NCBI RefSeq assembly: GCF_017876815.1
Contig: NZ_JAGIOS010000001.1
Coordinates: 2,580,001-2,612,000 of the forward strand
Origin: Sinorhizobium meliloti
GTDB lineage: Bacteria > Pseudomonadota > Alphaproteobacteria > Rhizobiales > Rhizobiaceae
Reading direction: 5' to 3'
DNA: 32,000 bases
The translations under genes were made by a program, and so were the position numbers. This document shows positions 1 through 9,285 of the stretch, piece by piece. Position 1 is the stretch's first letter. Each line of letters opens with the position of its first letter. The notes under the pieces are model-generated. The model was not told where the DNA came from and did not search any database. It saw only the letters and a program-made list of their open reading frames with translations.

Positions 1-330
1 TCCGTCGTCGATCAGCGGCACATCGGCGAGCTTCGGGAACTTGCGCAGATAGCTCTCGTATATCTCGGGATTGTCGGCCTTCATGTCGCCGGACCAGCCG
101 GCGAGAAGGCTTACCGGGTCCGGATGAATGAGCGAAAGGGCCACGAGATTGAAGCCCGTGCCGAGCAGTACCGCTTTGGGCGGTGCGGGGATCGTAACCT
201 GTCGTCCGACGGCATCGGTGACCGTCATCGGCCATTGTGCCTGCGCCAGAGCGACGAGCGGCGAGAAGGCGATCGCCAGGAAGGCAAGGACGCGAACGAG
301 GCTTCGGCGGCAGAGCAGCAGACGAGACAA
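1..330 (-). CDS. fhuP: Periplasmic iron-siderophore ABC substrate-binding protein; N-terminal 110 codons only, the gene runs off the left edge
   Basis: Absent from the ORF track (no stop inside the window). My translation of the minus strand from TTG at 330..328 gives LSRLLLCRRSLVRVLAFLAIAFSPLVALAQAQWPMTVTDAVGRQVTIPAPPKAVLLGTGFNLVALSLIHPDPVSLLAGWSGDMKADNPEIYESYLRKFPKLADVPLIDDG. This is a signal peptide ending ALAQA followed by the VTIP..P..VV pattern typical of FhuD/FecB-type binding proteins. It starts 2 nt after the fhuF stop, in frame to position 1. The symbol comes from recalled S. meliloti foxA-fhuF-fhuP synteny. Start codon uncertain. Confidence 0.55.
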   Translation of the reverse strand, partial: MSRLLLCRRSLVRVLAFLAIAFSPLVALAQAQWPMTVTDAVGRQVTIPAPPKAVLLGTGFNLVALSLIHPDPVSLLAGWSGDMKADNPEIYESYLRKFPKLADVPLIDDG

Positions 331-332
331 GG

Positions 333-1088
333 CTATTGTTTCCTTTGGCTTGGAAGGGCGCAGAGGCTGCCGCAGCTCGGGATGCCCGGGAGGAGATATC
401 TCAGGCAGCAGATCTTGCGCCGGCAGACGCGCGTCCCGTCCTCTTCCTCCTGGCGCAGACAGTCGAAGAAAGGATTGGGAGCGCCGTTGGGCATCAGCCG
501 GCGACCGACCATCGCATCGGCCTGGTCGCTCATGGGGTCGGTCCCGGCGGTTCGAAGCGCATAATCGATGTAAACGGCGGCATTGTTCCAGGCGAGCCTG
601 GGCGATATGCCGCCAACCGCCTTGAGATGCGGCACTACTTTGGCAAGGTGCTCGTCCATGAGCGAGCCGATCAGGGCGAAGATGTCACGCCCGTCATCGT
701 CGCGCCACTGACCTGCAGTCGCGACCCCGAAGGCGCGCGGCAGCCCGTCGTCGGAGAGCGCCACCGTCATCTGGTCGAAATCCGCCGGCAGCGCCTGGTG
801 GTCCAGCACCCGGGCGACGACATAGGGGATGGTCAGGGCGGAGAAATAATAGAGCGACCACATGGAGGCCACGGCGCGGCGGTCCGTGCCGCCGGAGGCC
901 CCGGCATAGTGCGAGAGCGTCCGGTCGAAGGCGCCGGAGGCGAAGAAGTCGGACAGCGGAATGCCGTCGGAAAGATTCTCCGACAGCATCATCTTCTCGT
1001 TGCACCAGGCATGCGGTCCCGCAAAGGCCGCCGACAGACCTTTCGGCTCGTCGATTACCGCCATGCTTTCATGCCGGGCTGTTGTCAT
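333..1088 (-). CDS. fhuF: Siderophore-iron reductase FhuF (2Fe-2S ferric-siderophore reductase)
   Basis: 251-aa ORF with ATG at 1088. The C-terminal cysteine cluster VCRRKICCLRYLLPGIPSCGSLC (CC-x10-C-x3-C) resembles the FhuF 2Fe-2S motif. It lies 5 nt downstream of a TonB-dependent siderophore receptor and directly upstream of a siderophore binding protein. Confidence 0.85.
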   Translation of the reverse strand: MTTARHESMAVIDEPKGLSAAFAGPHAWCNEKMMLSENLSDGIPLSDFFASGAFDRTLSHYAGASGGTDRRAVASMWSLYYFSALTIPYVVARVLDHQALPADFDQMTVALSDDGLPRAFGVATAGQWRDDDGRDIFALIGSLMDEHLAKVVPHLKAVGGISPRLAWNNAAVYIDYALRTAGTDPMSDQADAMVGRRLMPNGAPNPFFDCLRQEEEDGTRVCRRKICCLRYLLPGIPSCGSLCALPSQRKQ

Positions 1089-1093
1089 GTCGC

Positions 1094-3268
1094 TTACCAG
1101 TTATAGCGCAGCGAGCCGATAACGGTGCGGCCCTGATCGCGATGGCAGTAGCCGGCGGTGCACACGGCCTCGCGGCGGTCGAACAGATTGGTGGCATTCA
1201 CCTGCAGATGCAGACCCTCGTATTTCTGGTCGATCGCTGCGAAGTCGTAGCCGACGGAAGCATCGAAGAGAACACGCGAACTATTCTTGAAGGTGTTCTG
1301 GTCGTTACCGTAACTTGATCCTACGAAACGCGCGCCCCCACCCAGGCTGAATCCGTAAAAAGGACCATCCTCCGGCAATGTATAATGGGCCCAAATCGAC
1401 GCCATGTGCTGTGGAGCGGAAGAGACATAATTTCCAATCGTTCCCGAAGGACCCTGAATGATCTTCACATCGGTATAGGCGTAAGAAGCTATCAGCGAAA
1501 TGCCGTTGTCAAGGCTGGTGTTCGCTTCGATCTCAAAGCCGCGCGAACGCAGTTTTCCGCGCTGTACCTGGATAGCGGTATCGCCGGACGCTTCGAGGTA
1601 GAGGCCATTCTTCTGGTCGATGTTGAAAAGCGCGGCGGTGATCAGCGTGTTGCTGTTCGGCAGGAGGTATTTGACGCCGATTTCCTGCTGCTCGCTTTCG
1701 GTCGGCTTGAAGGGCTGGTTCGTTTCCTTGTTGATGCCGGCATTAGGCGCGAACGCCGTCGAGTAGCTGATATAGGGAGCAAGGCCGAAATCGGTCTGAT
1801 AGGTAAGCCCTATGCGGCCGGAGAACTCCTTGTCCTTCTGCGAGACCGTCGTCAGCGAGTCGGTGGCGAGATCCATGGTATCCGTGTCGGTGGACACCCA
1901 ATCGTACCGGCCGCCCACCGTCAACGTCCAGGCGTCGTAACGGATCTGGTCCTGAAGATAGGTACCGAGCTGCCACTGGTCCTGGACGGTGCGCGTGTTG
2001 AAATCGATCGCATCGACCGGGCGGCCCTGAGTCGGATTCTTCGTGTCGAGCGGCGGCGACACGCCGCGCCCGTCGAGTGCTCGGAAACGCAGCTTCGTAT
2101 AATCCACGCCGGCAAGCAGCGTATGCTCGAGTGCGCCCGTATCGAATTTGGCTTCGAGCTGGTTGTCGATCACGAATGCGGTCAGCCGCTCGTCATATGT
2201 GCCTGCGCTGCTGTCGAGCAATGTCGGATCGGCAGCGTTCGGCGCATAGGCAAAGGCCCAGTCCGCGTCGATGTTCAGAGTGGACACGCGCGCGTTCTGG
2301 CGGAAGACAAAGGTGTCGTTCAGCCGGTGCTCGAACTCATAGCCGACACGCCCCTGCTTCTGTACCGAGTCGTTGAAGTCAGGATTGCCGGCAAATATGT
2401 CGGTTGCTTCGCCGGTGAGCGGGTCGTTGTAATAAGTTGCCGTGCCCCCCGAATTGGTGCGCGAATACTCGCCGAGAACGGTCAGCTTCGTGTCTTCGTC
2501 CGGCTTCCAGGTGAAGGCCGGCGCGATATAGGCACGGTCGTCTGCGAGGCCAACCTGTTCGGTGTCGGCATCGCGCAACAAACCGGTCAGGCGGTAATAG
2601 ACAGGGTCGTTCTCATTCACTGGACCTGAAAAGTCGAACTGGCCCTGATATCGGTCGTGGCTGCCATATTGAACCTGCACCTCTCTGAGCGTGTCCTCAG
2701 TCGGCCGCTTGGTGATGAGGTTGTAAAGGCCGCCCGCTCCGGTTGCGCCGTAAAGGGCAGAGGAGGGGCCGCGCAGGATCGAAACGCCTTCCAACCCGTA
2801 GGGCTCGTTCTTGAAGATCGAGTCCACGGCGGCCGGTTGGCGCAGATTGTCACGGAATACGCCGCTATAGGTCACGTCGAAACCGCGGACGAAGAACGCA
2901 TCGAAACGGGGATCGAAGCCGTAGGCTCCGACGCGCGTGCCGGGCGTATAGGCGAGCGTCTCCAGCAGCGTCTGCGGATTGCGATCCTTCAACTGCTGTT
3001 CGGTCACCGTCGAGATCGACTGCGGTGTCTCCAGGAATGGGGTGTCAATCTTCGCTCCCGTGGCGCTGCTGGTTCCGACATAGCCCTCGGCGGTGATGAC
3101 CCCGCCGCTGCCGTTGACCACCAATGTTTCGAGGGCGGTGGAGTCGCCATTGGAAACGGTCTCCTGCTCTGCTTCCTGCGCCTGTGCGGTAGCGACGAGG
3201 GCAAGGGCCGACGTGCCGGCGAGGGCAAGGCGGATCAACGGCAGGCGGAGGGCGGACTTCGAGGGCAT
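1094..3268 (-). CDS. foxA: TonB-dependent hydroxamate-siderophore outer-membrane receptor (FhuA/FoxA family)
   Basis: The ORF track gives 1094..3277 starting at TTG. I prefer ATG at 3268 (MPSKSALRLPLIRLALAGTSALALVATAQAQ, AAGG about 9 nt upstream). Supporting points: signal peptide, TonB-box-like ALETLVVNG, plug and barrel motifs (RGPSSALYGATGAGG), and a C-terminal LRYNW aromatic end. The symbol is from recalled S. meliloti synteny (fhuA2/foxA); the family call is secure, the symbol less so. Confidence 0.9.
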   Translation of the reverse strand: MPSKSALRLPLIRLALAGTSALALVATAQAQEAEQETVSNGDSTALETLVVNGSGGVITAEGYVGTSSATGAKIDTPFLETPQSISTVTEQQLKDRNPQTLLETLAYTPGTRVGAYGFDPRFDAFFVRGFDVTYSGVFRDNLRQPAAVDSIFKNEPYGLEGVSILRGPSSALYGATGAGGLYNLITKRPTEDTLREVQVQYGSHDRYQGQFDFSGPVNENDPVYYRLTGLLRDADTEQVGLADDRAYIAPAFTWKPDEDTKLTVLGEYSRTNSGGTATYYNDPLTGEATDIFAGNPDFNDSVQKQGRVGYEFEHRLNDTFVFRQNARVSTLNIDADWAFAYAPNAADPTLLDSSAGTYDERLTAFVIDNQLEAKFDTGALEHTLLAGVDYTKLRFRALDGRGVSPPLDTKNPTQGRPVDAIDFNTRTVQDQWQLGTYLQDQIRYDAWTLTVGGRYDWVSTDTDTMDLATDSLTTVSQKDKEFSGRIGLTYQTDFGLAPYISYSTAFAPNAGINKETNQPFKPTESEQQEIGVKYLLPNSNTLITAALFNIDQKNGLYLEASGDTAIQVQRGKLRSRGFEIEANTSLDNGISLIASYAYTDVKIIQGPSGTIGNYVSSAPQHMASIWAHYTLPEDGPFYGFSLGGGARFVGSSYGNDQNTFKNSSRVLFDASVGYDFAAIDQKYEGLHLQVNATNLFDRREAVCTAGYCHRDQGRTVIGSLRYNW

Positions 3269-3301
3269 GCGACGCAACCTTAAACATTATATTTGATAAG
3301 G

Positions 3302-3316
3302 TGAGCTAATCACTCA
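3302..3316 (-). promoter_or_regulatory. Candidate RirA iron-responsive operator (TGA-N9-TCA), proximal copy
   Basis: TGAGCTAATCACTCA matches TGA-N9-TCA exactly and lies 34-48 nt upstream of the receptor ATG (3268), in the only AT-rich stretch here. Confidence 0.4.
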
Positions 3317-3342
3317 TGATTATGCTGAACGCAAGCCGTTTT

Positions 3343-3361
3343 CATGACTTTTTAAGTCATG
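3343..3361 (-). promoter_or_regulatory. Candidate RirA iron-responsive operator (TGA-N9-TCA) inside a 19-bp palindrome, overlapping a putative promoter
   Basis: CATGACTTTTTAAGTCATG has perfect 8-bp arms and a core TGAC-N7-GTCA (TGA-N9-TCA). On the minus strand it follows a possible -35 TTGCAC (3387..3382), a 17-nt spacer and a weak -10 GAACAT. Confidence 0.55.
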
Positions 3362-3424
3362 TTCACAATGTTGTGGGAAATGTGCAACAGCAACGTGCGG
3401 GTGCGTGCGTCGGAGCGCGCTTTT

Positions 3425-3473
3425 GCCCCTCTCCTCGGGTTAACCCGAGGACTAACCCTCTCCCCGCGAGCGG
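3425..3473. repeat. Left half of a RIME/Sm-repeat-like palindromic intergenic element, split by the IS
   Basis: GCCCCTCTCCTCGGGTTAACCCGAGGACTAACCCTCTCCCCGCGAGCGG. The same GCCCCTCTCCTCGGG ... AACCCTCTCCCCGC module recurs at 27582. Confidence 0.75.
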
Positions 3474-3532
3474 CAGGGCTGTCCGGGGAAAGTTCCGGGT
3501 GAATCGAAATGTCGCAGGCGCATGCCCCGTCA

Positions 3533-3556
3533 GACGGCGTTTTTCCGTCTATTTTC
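3533..3556 (+). terminator. Possible read-in-blocking hairpin plus T-tract inside the IS left end
   Basis: GACGG-cgttttt-CCGTC followed by TATTTTC, between the left inverted repeat and the transposase RBS (AAAGGAGA at about 3575). The stem is short (5 bp), so this is weak. Confidence 0.3.
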
Positions 3557-3588
3557 TGGTTGTCGAGACTCAGAAAAGGAGACGGAGC

Positions 3589-4752
3589 ATGCGGTTCACC
3601 CCTAGCATTTTCGCCCAGCTGCTGAAAGCGATTGATCGCCGCAGCTTTCAGGCGATTGTGGATCGTCATGCCGGGGATGCCTACGACAAGTGCTTTACCA
3701 GCTGGGATCATCTGGTGGCACTGATCTATGCCCAGTTGAGCGCCACGACCAGCCTGCGCGGGTTGGAGGCGAGCTTCAACGCCAACAGTCAGCATCATTA
3801 CCATCTCGGCAGTGGCCGGCTGATGCGCTCGACGCTGTCGGACGCCAACCGCCGCCGCCCGGTCGCCGTCTTCGCCGAGACCTTCGCGCTTCTGGCCGGT
3901 CAGCTCGACCGGCAGACGCGCCGGGAGGGCACCAAGATGCTGCGGCTGATCGATTCGACCCCGATCCCGCTGGGTAAGCTGTACGATTGGGCCAAGTCGA
4001 ACGGCCGCATCCGCGGCATGAAGCTGCATGTCGTCTATGATCCCAAGGCCGATTGTCCAGGCATCCTCGACATCACCGACGCCAACGTCAACGACGCCCA
4101 GATCGGCCGCACGATCACCATCGAAAAGGGCGCAACCTATGTCTTCGACAAGGGCTACTGCCATTACGGCTGGTGGACGGCGATCGCCGAAGCCGGCGCC
4201 AGTTTCGTCACCCGGCCGAAGACCAACATGGGACTGGCTTTGGTCGCTGAACGCCCCGTTGAGCAACCTCAAGGCGATGGCTTCCTGGTCCTCGAAGACA
4301 GCCAGGTCAGCCTCGCCAGCAAGGGCGATTCCAAGCTGCCGATCGGCTTGCGCCGGGTAATCGTCAAGCGCCAGGACGGCGATACGATCACGCTTCTGAC
4401 CAACGACCTCGAGCGCTCCGCCGTCGAGATCGGCCAGCTCTATAAGGATCGCTGGCAGATCGAGCTTCTGTTCCGCTGGATCAAACAGCACCTCAAGATC
4501 CGCAAGTTCCTCGGCAACAACGACAACGCCATCCGCCTGCAGATCTTCGCCGCGATGATCGCCTATGCACTGTTGCGCATCGCCGCCCGCCTCGCCCGCG
4601 TCCCTCTACCGATCCTGCGCTTCACCGACCTCGTCACCCAGTGCCTGTTCCAGCGCAAAAGCATCGCCGAAATCCACAAGCCGCCGCAGGTCAATCCAAG
4701 CCGACCAAAACCCCGGACCATCCCAAACCAAATGGTCTTCCGCTATGCATGA
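3589..4752 (+). CDS. IS4-family DDE transposase (387 aa)
   Basis: ATG at 3589 is preceded by AAAGGAGACGGAGC. DDE candidates are LIDSTPIPL and VFDKGYCHYGWW, and the Y-x2-R-x3-E-x6-K signature is YKDRWQIELLFRWIK. The N-terminus MRFTPSIFAQLLKAIDRRSFQ is typical of IS4-type transposases with a DUF4372-like head. The track ORF 3316..4752 extends upstream across the inverted repeat into flanking DNA, which is an artefact. Confidence 0.9.
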   Translation: MRFTPSIFAQLLKAIDRRSFQAIVDRHAGDAYDKCFTSWDHLVALIYAQLSATTSLRGLEASFNANSQHHYHLGSGRLMRSTLSDANRRRPVAVFAETFALLAGQLDRQTRREGTKMLRLIDSTPIPLGKLYDWAKSNGRIRGMKLHVVYDPKADCPGILDITDANVNDAQIGRTITIEKGATYVFDKGYCHYGWWTAIAEAGASFVTRPKTNMGLALVAERPVEQPQGDGFLVLEDSQVSLASKGDSKLPIGLRRVIVKRQDGDTITLLTNDLERSAVEIGQLYKDRWQIELLFRWIKQHLKIRKFLGNNDNAIRLQIFAAMIAYALLRIAARLARVPLPILRFTDLVTQCLFQRKSIAEIHKPPQVNPSRPKPRTIPNQMVFRYA

Positions 4753-4772
4753 ATTTTCCCCGGACAGCCCTG

Positions 4773-4864
4773 CGCGAGCGGGGCGAGGGAACGAGTGCGA
4801 GGCTGCCGCGACTTCCCCTTCGCCCCGCCTGCGGGGAGAAGGTGGCCGGCAGGCCGGATGAGGG
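4773..4864. repeat. Right half of the IS-split RIME/Sm-repeat-like element
   Basis: CGCGAGCGGGGCGAGGG completes the split hairpin. It is followed by a second hairpin, CCTTCGCCCCGCCTGCGGGGAGAAGG, with the conserved tail TGGCCGGCAGGCCGGATGAGGG. Confidence 0.75.
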
Positions 4865-4878
4865 CTTCGCCGGCAAAT

Positions 4879-6306
4879 TCAGCCGTGATTGATCATGATG
4901 TGCCGGACGGCGGTGTAGTCCTCCAGCGCATAGACCGACATGTCCTTGCCATAGCCGGACTGTTTGATGCCGCCATGCGGCATTTCGTTGGTCAGCATGA
5001 AATGTGTGTTGATCCAGGTGCAGCCATATTGGAGGCGGGACGCGGCCCTCATCGCCTTGCTGATGTCCTTCGTCCAGACCGATGAGGCGAGGCCGTAATC
5101 GCTGTCGTTCGCCCAGGCCACGGCATCGTCCTTGCCGGTGAAGCGCGTGACGGAGACGACCGGGCCGAAGACTTCGCGGCGGACGATCTCGTCCTCCTGA
5201 GTGGCGCCCGCGACGACCGTCGGCTGGAAGAAGAAGCCTTCGTCGCTGCCCGTGCGGCCGCCGGTGGTGATCTCGATGTGCTTCTGGTCGGCGGCCCTTT
5301 CGACGAAGCTTGCCACGCGGTCGCGCTGGCGCCTAGAGATCAGCGGACCGATCTCGTTTTCAGTGTCGTCGTCGAGATTGTAGCGGATTGTGGAGACCGC
5401 CGAGGTGAGGTCGGCGACGAGTTTCTCGTAGATGCCGGCTTCGGCATAGATGCGGCAGGCGGCGGTACAGTCCTGCCCGGCATTGTAGTAGCCGAAGGTG
5501 CGGATTCCGTTGACGACCGCCTCGAGGTCGGCGTCGCCATAGACGATGACCGGCGCCTTGCCGCCGAGCTCGAGATGGGTGCGCTTTACCGTCTTGGCGG
5601 CGGCCGCGAGCACCTTCTTGCCGGTGGCGATGTCGCCGGTGATCGATACCATGCCGACCTTCGGATGGTTGATCAGCGCGTTGCCGACGGTCTCGCCGCG
5701 GCCGGTGATGACGTTGACGACGCCTTCGGGGAGAATGTCGGCGATGAGCCGCGCAAGTTTCAGCGCCGTCAGCGGCGTCTGTTCGGATGGCTTGAAGACA
5801 ACGGTGTTGCCGCCGCCGATCGCCGGCGCCAGCTTCCAGGCCATCATCATCAGGGGATAGTTCCACGGCGCGATCGAGCCGACGATGCCGATCGGATCGC
5901 GGCGGATCATCGACGTGTGGCCCGGCAGATATTCGCCCGCCGCCGGTGCATGCAGATTGCGCACCGCACCGGCGAAGAAGCGCCAGCAATCGATGATCGC
6001 AGGCAGCTCGTCGTTCTTCACCGCATTGATCGGCTTGCCGCAGTTCAGCGCCTCAAGGGCGGCGAATTCGTCGGCTTCTTTCTCGATCGCATCGGCGATC
6101 TTCAAAAGGGCGTTGGAGCGTTCGGCCGGCGTCGTCTGCGACCAGCCGACGAAGGCGCGCTCGGCAGCGTCGACGGCTGCGTCGATCTGCGCGTGGGAGG
6201 CCTCGGCGAGGTCGATGATCCCGGCGCCCGTCCGCGGATTGAGGATGTGTTCCTCGGCCTCGGTTCCGGCTTCGAAGCGCGATCCGATCAAGAGCTGGGT
6301 GTCCAT
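4879..6306 (-). CDS. patD: Gamma-aminobutyraldehyde dehydrogenase (NAD-dependent aldehyde dehydrogenase, PatD/YdcW type)
   Basis: The 475-aa product aligns by eye along its whole length with my recollection of E. coli PatD: [92 protein letters not shown]. The catalytic Glu (ELGGK) and Cys (GQDCTA) are present. It is the last gene of a polyamine-type ABC operon. Confidence 0.88.
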   Translation of the reverse strand: MDTQLLIGSRFEAGTEAEEHILNPRTGAGIIDLAEASHAQIDAAVDAAERAFVGWSQTTPAERSNALLKIADAIEKEADEFAALEALNCGKPINAVKNDELPAIIDCWRFFAGAVRNLHAPAAGEYLPGHTSMIRRDPIGIVGSIAPWNYPLMMMAWKLAPAIGGGNTVVFKPSEQTPLTALKLARLIADILPEGVVNVITGRGETVGNALINHPKVGMVSITGDIATGKKVLAAAAKTVKRTHLELGGKAPVIVYGDADLEAVVNGIRTFGYYNAGQDCTAACRIYAEAGIYEKLVADLTSAVSTIRYNLDDDTENEIGPLISRRQRDRVASFVERAADQKHIEITTGGRTGSDEGFFFQPTVVAGATQEDEIVRREVFGPVVSVTRFTGKDDAVAWANDSDYGLASSVWTKDISKAMRAASRLQYGCTWINTHFMLTNEMPHGGIKQSGYGKDMSVYALEDYTAVRHIMINHG

Positions 6307-6333
6307 GTCTGTTCTCCCTTCAAGTGCGAAATG

Positions 6334-7149
6334 TCATTTGCCGGCGCCGGCGATCTGGTCGCCGTCGCGGGTCAGGTAATAGGCGCCGAGGATCGGCAGG
6401 AAGGTGGCCATCACGACGACCATCGCGACGACGTTGGTAACCGGGCGCTGGCGCGGGCGGATCAGCTCTTCCAGCATCCAGATCGGCAGGGTCGATTGCT
6501 GCCCGGCCGTGAAGGTCGTGACGATCACCTCGTCGAAGGAAAGCGCGAAAGCGAGCATGCCTCCGGCAAGCAGGGCCGTGCCGATGTTCGGCAGGATCAC
6601 GTAGCGGAAGGTCTGGAAACCGTCGGCGCCGAGATCCATGGAAGCCTCGATCAGCGAGCCGGAAATCCGGCGGAAACGGGCGACCGCATTGTTGTAGACG
6701 ACGACGATGCAGAAGGTCGCGTGGCCGAGCACGATGGTCCAGAAGGAGAAGGGGATGTCGGCCATGGAGAAGGCGGAGCGCAGCGCAATGCCGGTGATGA
6801 TGCCGGGAAGCGCGATCGGGAGGATGACGAGGAGCGAGATCGTCTCGCGGCCGAAGAAACGGGTCTGGCTGACGGCAGCGGCGCAGAGGGTGCCGAGGAC
6901 GAGGGCTACCGCCGTCGCGATCGAGGCGACCTTGACGGAGAGCGTCAGCGCCGCCCAGACATCCGGCCGGTTCCAGGCGACGGCGAACCATTGCGTGGTC
7001 AGCCCCGGCGGCGGAAACTGGTAGCTCTTCTCCTCGGTCGTGAAGGCGTAGAGAAAGATCAGCAGGATCGGCAGATGCATGAAGGCGAGGCCGGCGGCGG
7101 CAGCGATCTTCAGACCCAATGGAGCGGAGTTCGCCTTCTCAGAGCGCAT
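6334..7149 (-). CDS. ABC transporter permease, spermidine/putrescine type (PotC/YdcV-like)
   Basis: 271-aa multi-pass hydrophobic protein with ATG at 7149. It overlaps the upstream permease by 11 nt. Assignment rests on operon context. Confidence 0.88.
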   Translation of the reverse strand: MRSEKANSAPLGLKIAAAAGLAFMHLPILLIFLYAFTTEEKSYQFPPPGLTTQWFAVAWNRPDVWAALTLSVKVASIATAVALVLGTLCAAAVSQTRFFGRETISLLVILPIALPGIITGIALRSAFSMADIPFSFWTIVLGHATFCIVVVYNNAVARFRRISGSLIEASMDLGADGFQTFRYVILPNIGTALLAGGMLAFALSFDEVIVTTFTAGQQSTLPIWMLEELIRPRQRPVTNVVAMVVVMATFLPILGAYYLTRDGDQIAGAGK

Positions 7150-8085
7150 CGAAGGCCCCCATGCGTTTGGCCATCCAGAGATAGGCGCCCATGATGACGA
7201 TCGGCACGACCGTGAAGGCGGCGGCGAGCGGAATGTTTCCGGCGGTGCCCTGCTGCGCGTAGACGGCCTGACCGATGAAGAGCCGCGACGAGCCGACGAT
7301 CTGCGGGATGATGTAGTCGCCGAGCGTCAGCGAGAAGGTGAAGATCGATCCGGCGACGATGCCCGGCAGCGCCAGCGGAAAGAGCACATGGCGGAAGGTC
7401 TGGGCGGGCGTTCCGCCGAGGTCCGACGAGGCTTCGATCAGATTGGCCGGCACGCGCTCGAGCGCCGCCTGGATGGGCAGGATCATGAACGGCATCCAGA
7501 CATAGACGAAGACGATGAAGGTGCCCGTATAGCTGACGGACAGCGAATTGCCGCCGACGACGGGAAGAGAAAGCCAGGCATCGATCAGCCAGAGAAGGTT
7601 CAGCTTTGCGAAGAACCAGGTCAGGATGCCTTCCTTTGCGAGGATCAGCTTCCAGGCATAGATCTTGACGAGATAGCTCGACCAGAGCGGCAGCATGACG
7701 GCGAGATAGAAGAGCGCCTTCCATTTCCCGCGCGCGTAGCGGGCGGCGTAATAGGCGATCGGAAAGGCAATGAGCGCCGAGACGAGCGTCACCAGAGCGG
7801 CCATCGAGACGGTGCGGATGATGATGTCGAGATTGGATTCGCTCAAGAGCTGCCGATAGGTGGCGAGCGTGAACTCGTAATTTATGAGCCCGGAGAAGTC
7901 GTCGATCGAGAAGAAGCTCTGCAGAAGCAGCGCGAAGAGCGAACCGAGATAGACGATCCCGAGCCAGAGGAGCGGGGGTGCGAGAAAGATCGCAAGCAGC
8001 ACATGCGGGTGCCGCCAGAAGAAATCCGAGAGGCGGCCCGCCGTGCTGCGGCGTTGCGGAAGCATGATGCTTTCGGCGACGATCG

Positions 8086-8089
<4 letters not shown>
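7139..8089 (-). CDS. ABC transporter permease, spermidine/putrescine type (PotB/YdcU-like)
   Basis: 316-aa integral membrane protein. An ATGA overlap with the ATPase stop (8086..8089) suggests translational coupling. Confidence 0.88.
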
Positions 8090-9084
<995 letters not shown>

Positions 9085-9118
9085 TGCGATACTCCAGGAG
9101 ATTTCGGCGAGATTTCGG

Positions 9119-9262
9119 CCCCTCATCCGGCTGCCGCCACCTTCTCCCCGCTTGCGGGGAGAAGGCGACTCGGGGCTCCCTCTCGGGCTTCATTTCATCG
9201 AGCGGGCGCGGCTTACTCGTCCCCTATCCCCGCCTGCGGGGAGAGGGCTAGGGTGAGGGGCA
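9119..9262. repeat. RIME/Sm-repeat-like mosaic element between the binding-protein and ATPase genes
   Basis: CCCCTCATCCGGCTGCCGCCACCTTCTCCCCGCTTGCGGGGAGAAGG, then a spacer, then CCCCTATCCCCGCCTGCGGGGAGAGGGCTAGGGTGAGGGGCA. The two hairpin modules are the same as at the other five loci, in the opposite order and orientation to loci 27582 and 29298. Confidence 0.8.
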
Positions 9263-9285
9263 AACGCTTGCGCTGAAGGCAGGGC

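Larger units (their letters stand above)
3474..4772 (+). mobile_element. IS4-family insertion sequence, 1299 bp, apparently intact
   Basis: Terminal inverted repeats are CAGGGCTGTCCGGGGAAAGTTC (3474..3495) and the reverse complement of 4751..4772, CAGGGCTGTCCGGGGAAAATTC (21/22 identical). Direct 9-bp duplication CGCGAGCGG at 3465..3473 and 4773..4781. A single DDE transposase gene fills the element. Confidence 0.85.

Noticed and set aside
1385-2629. 414-aa ORF on the plus strand
   Set aside because: It is antisense to the TonB-dependent receptor, which has clear family motifs, and no independent support exists.
3316-3588. N-terminal extension of the transposase ORF (track start 3316)
   Set aside because: It would begin outside the IS, cross the left inverted repeat and translate repeat-element DNA. 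ATG 3589 has a strong RBS and gives the conserved IS4-type N-terminus.
3474-4772. Idea that the IS disrupts a gene
   Set aside because: The reconstructed pre-insertion sequence is an intergenic repeat element between the receptor promoter and the 3-prime end of patD. No interrupted reading frame can be assembled from the flanks.
5278-7194. 638-aa ORF on the plus strand
   Set aside because: It is antisense to patD and a permease and crosses their intergenic gap. The composition is RGD-rich with no recognisable domain, so it is a GC-content artefact.
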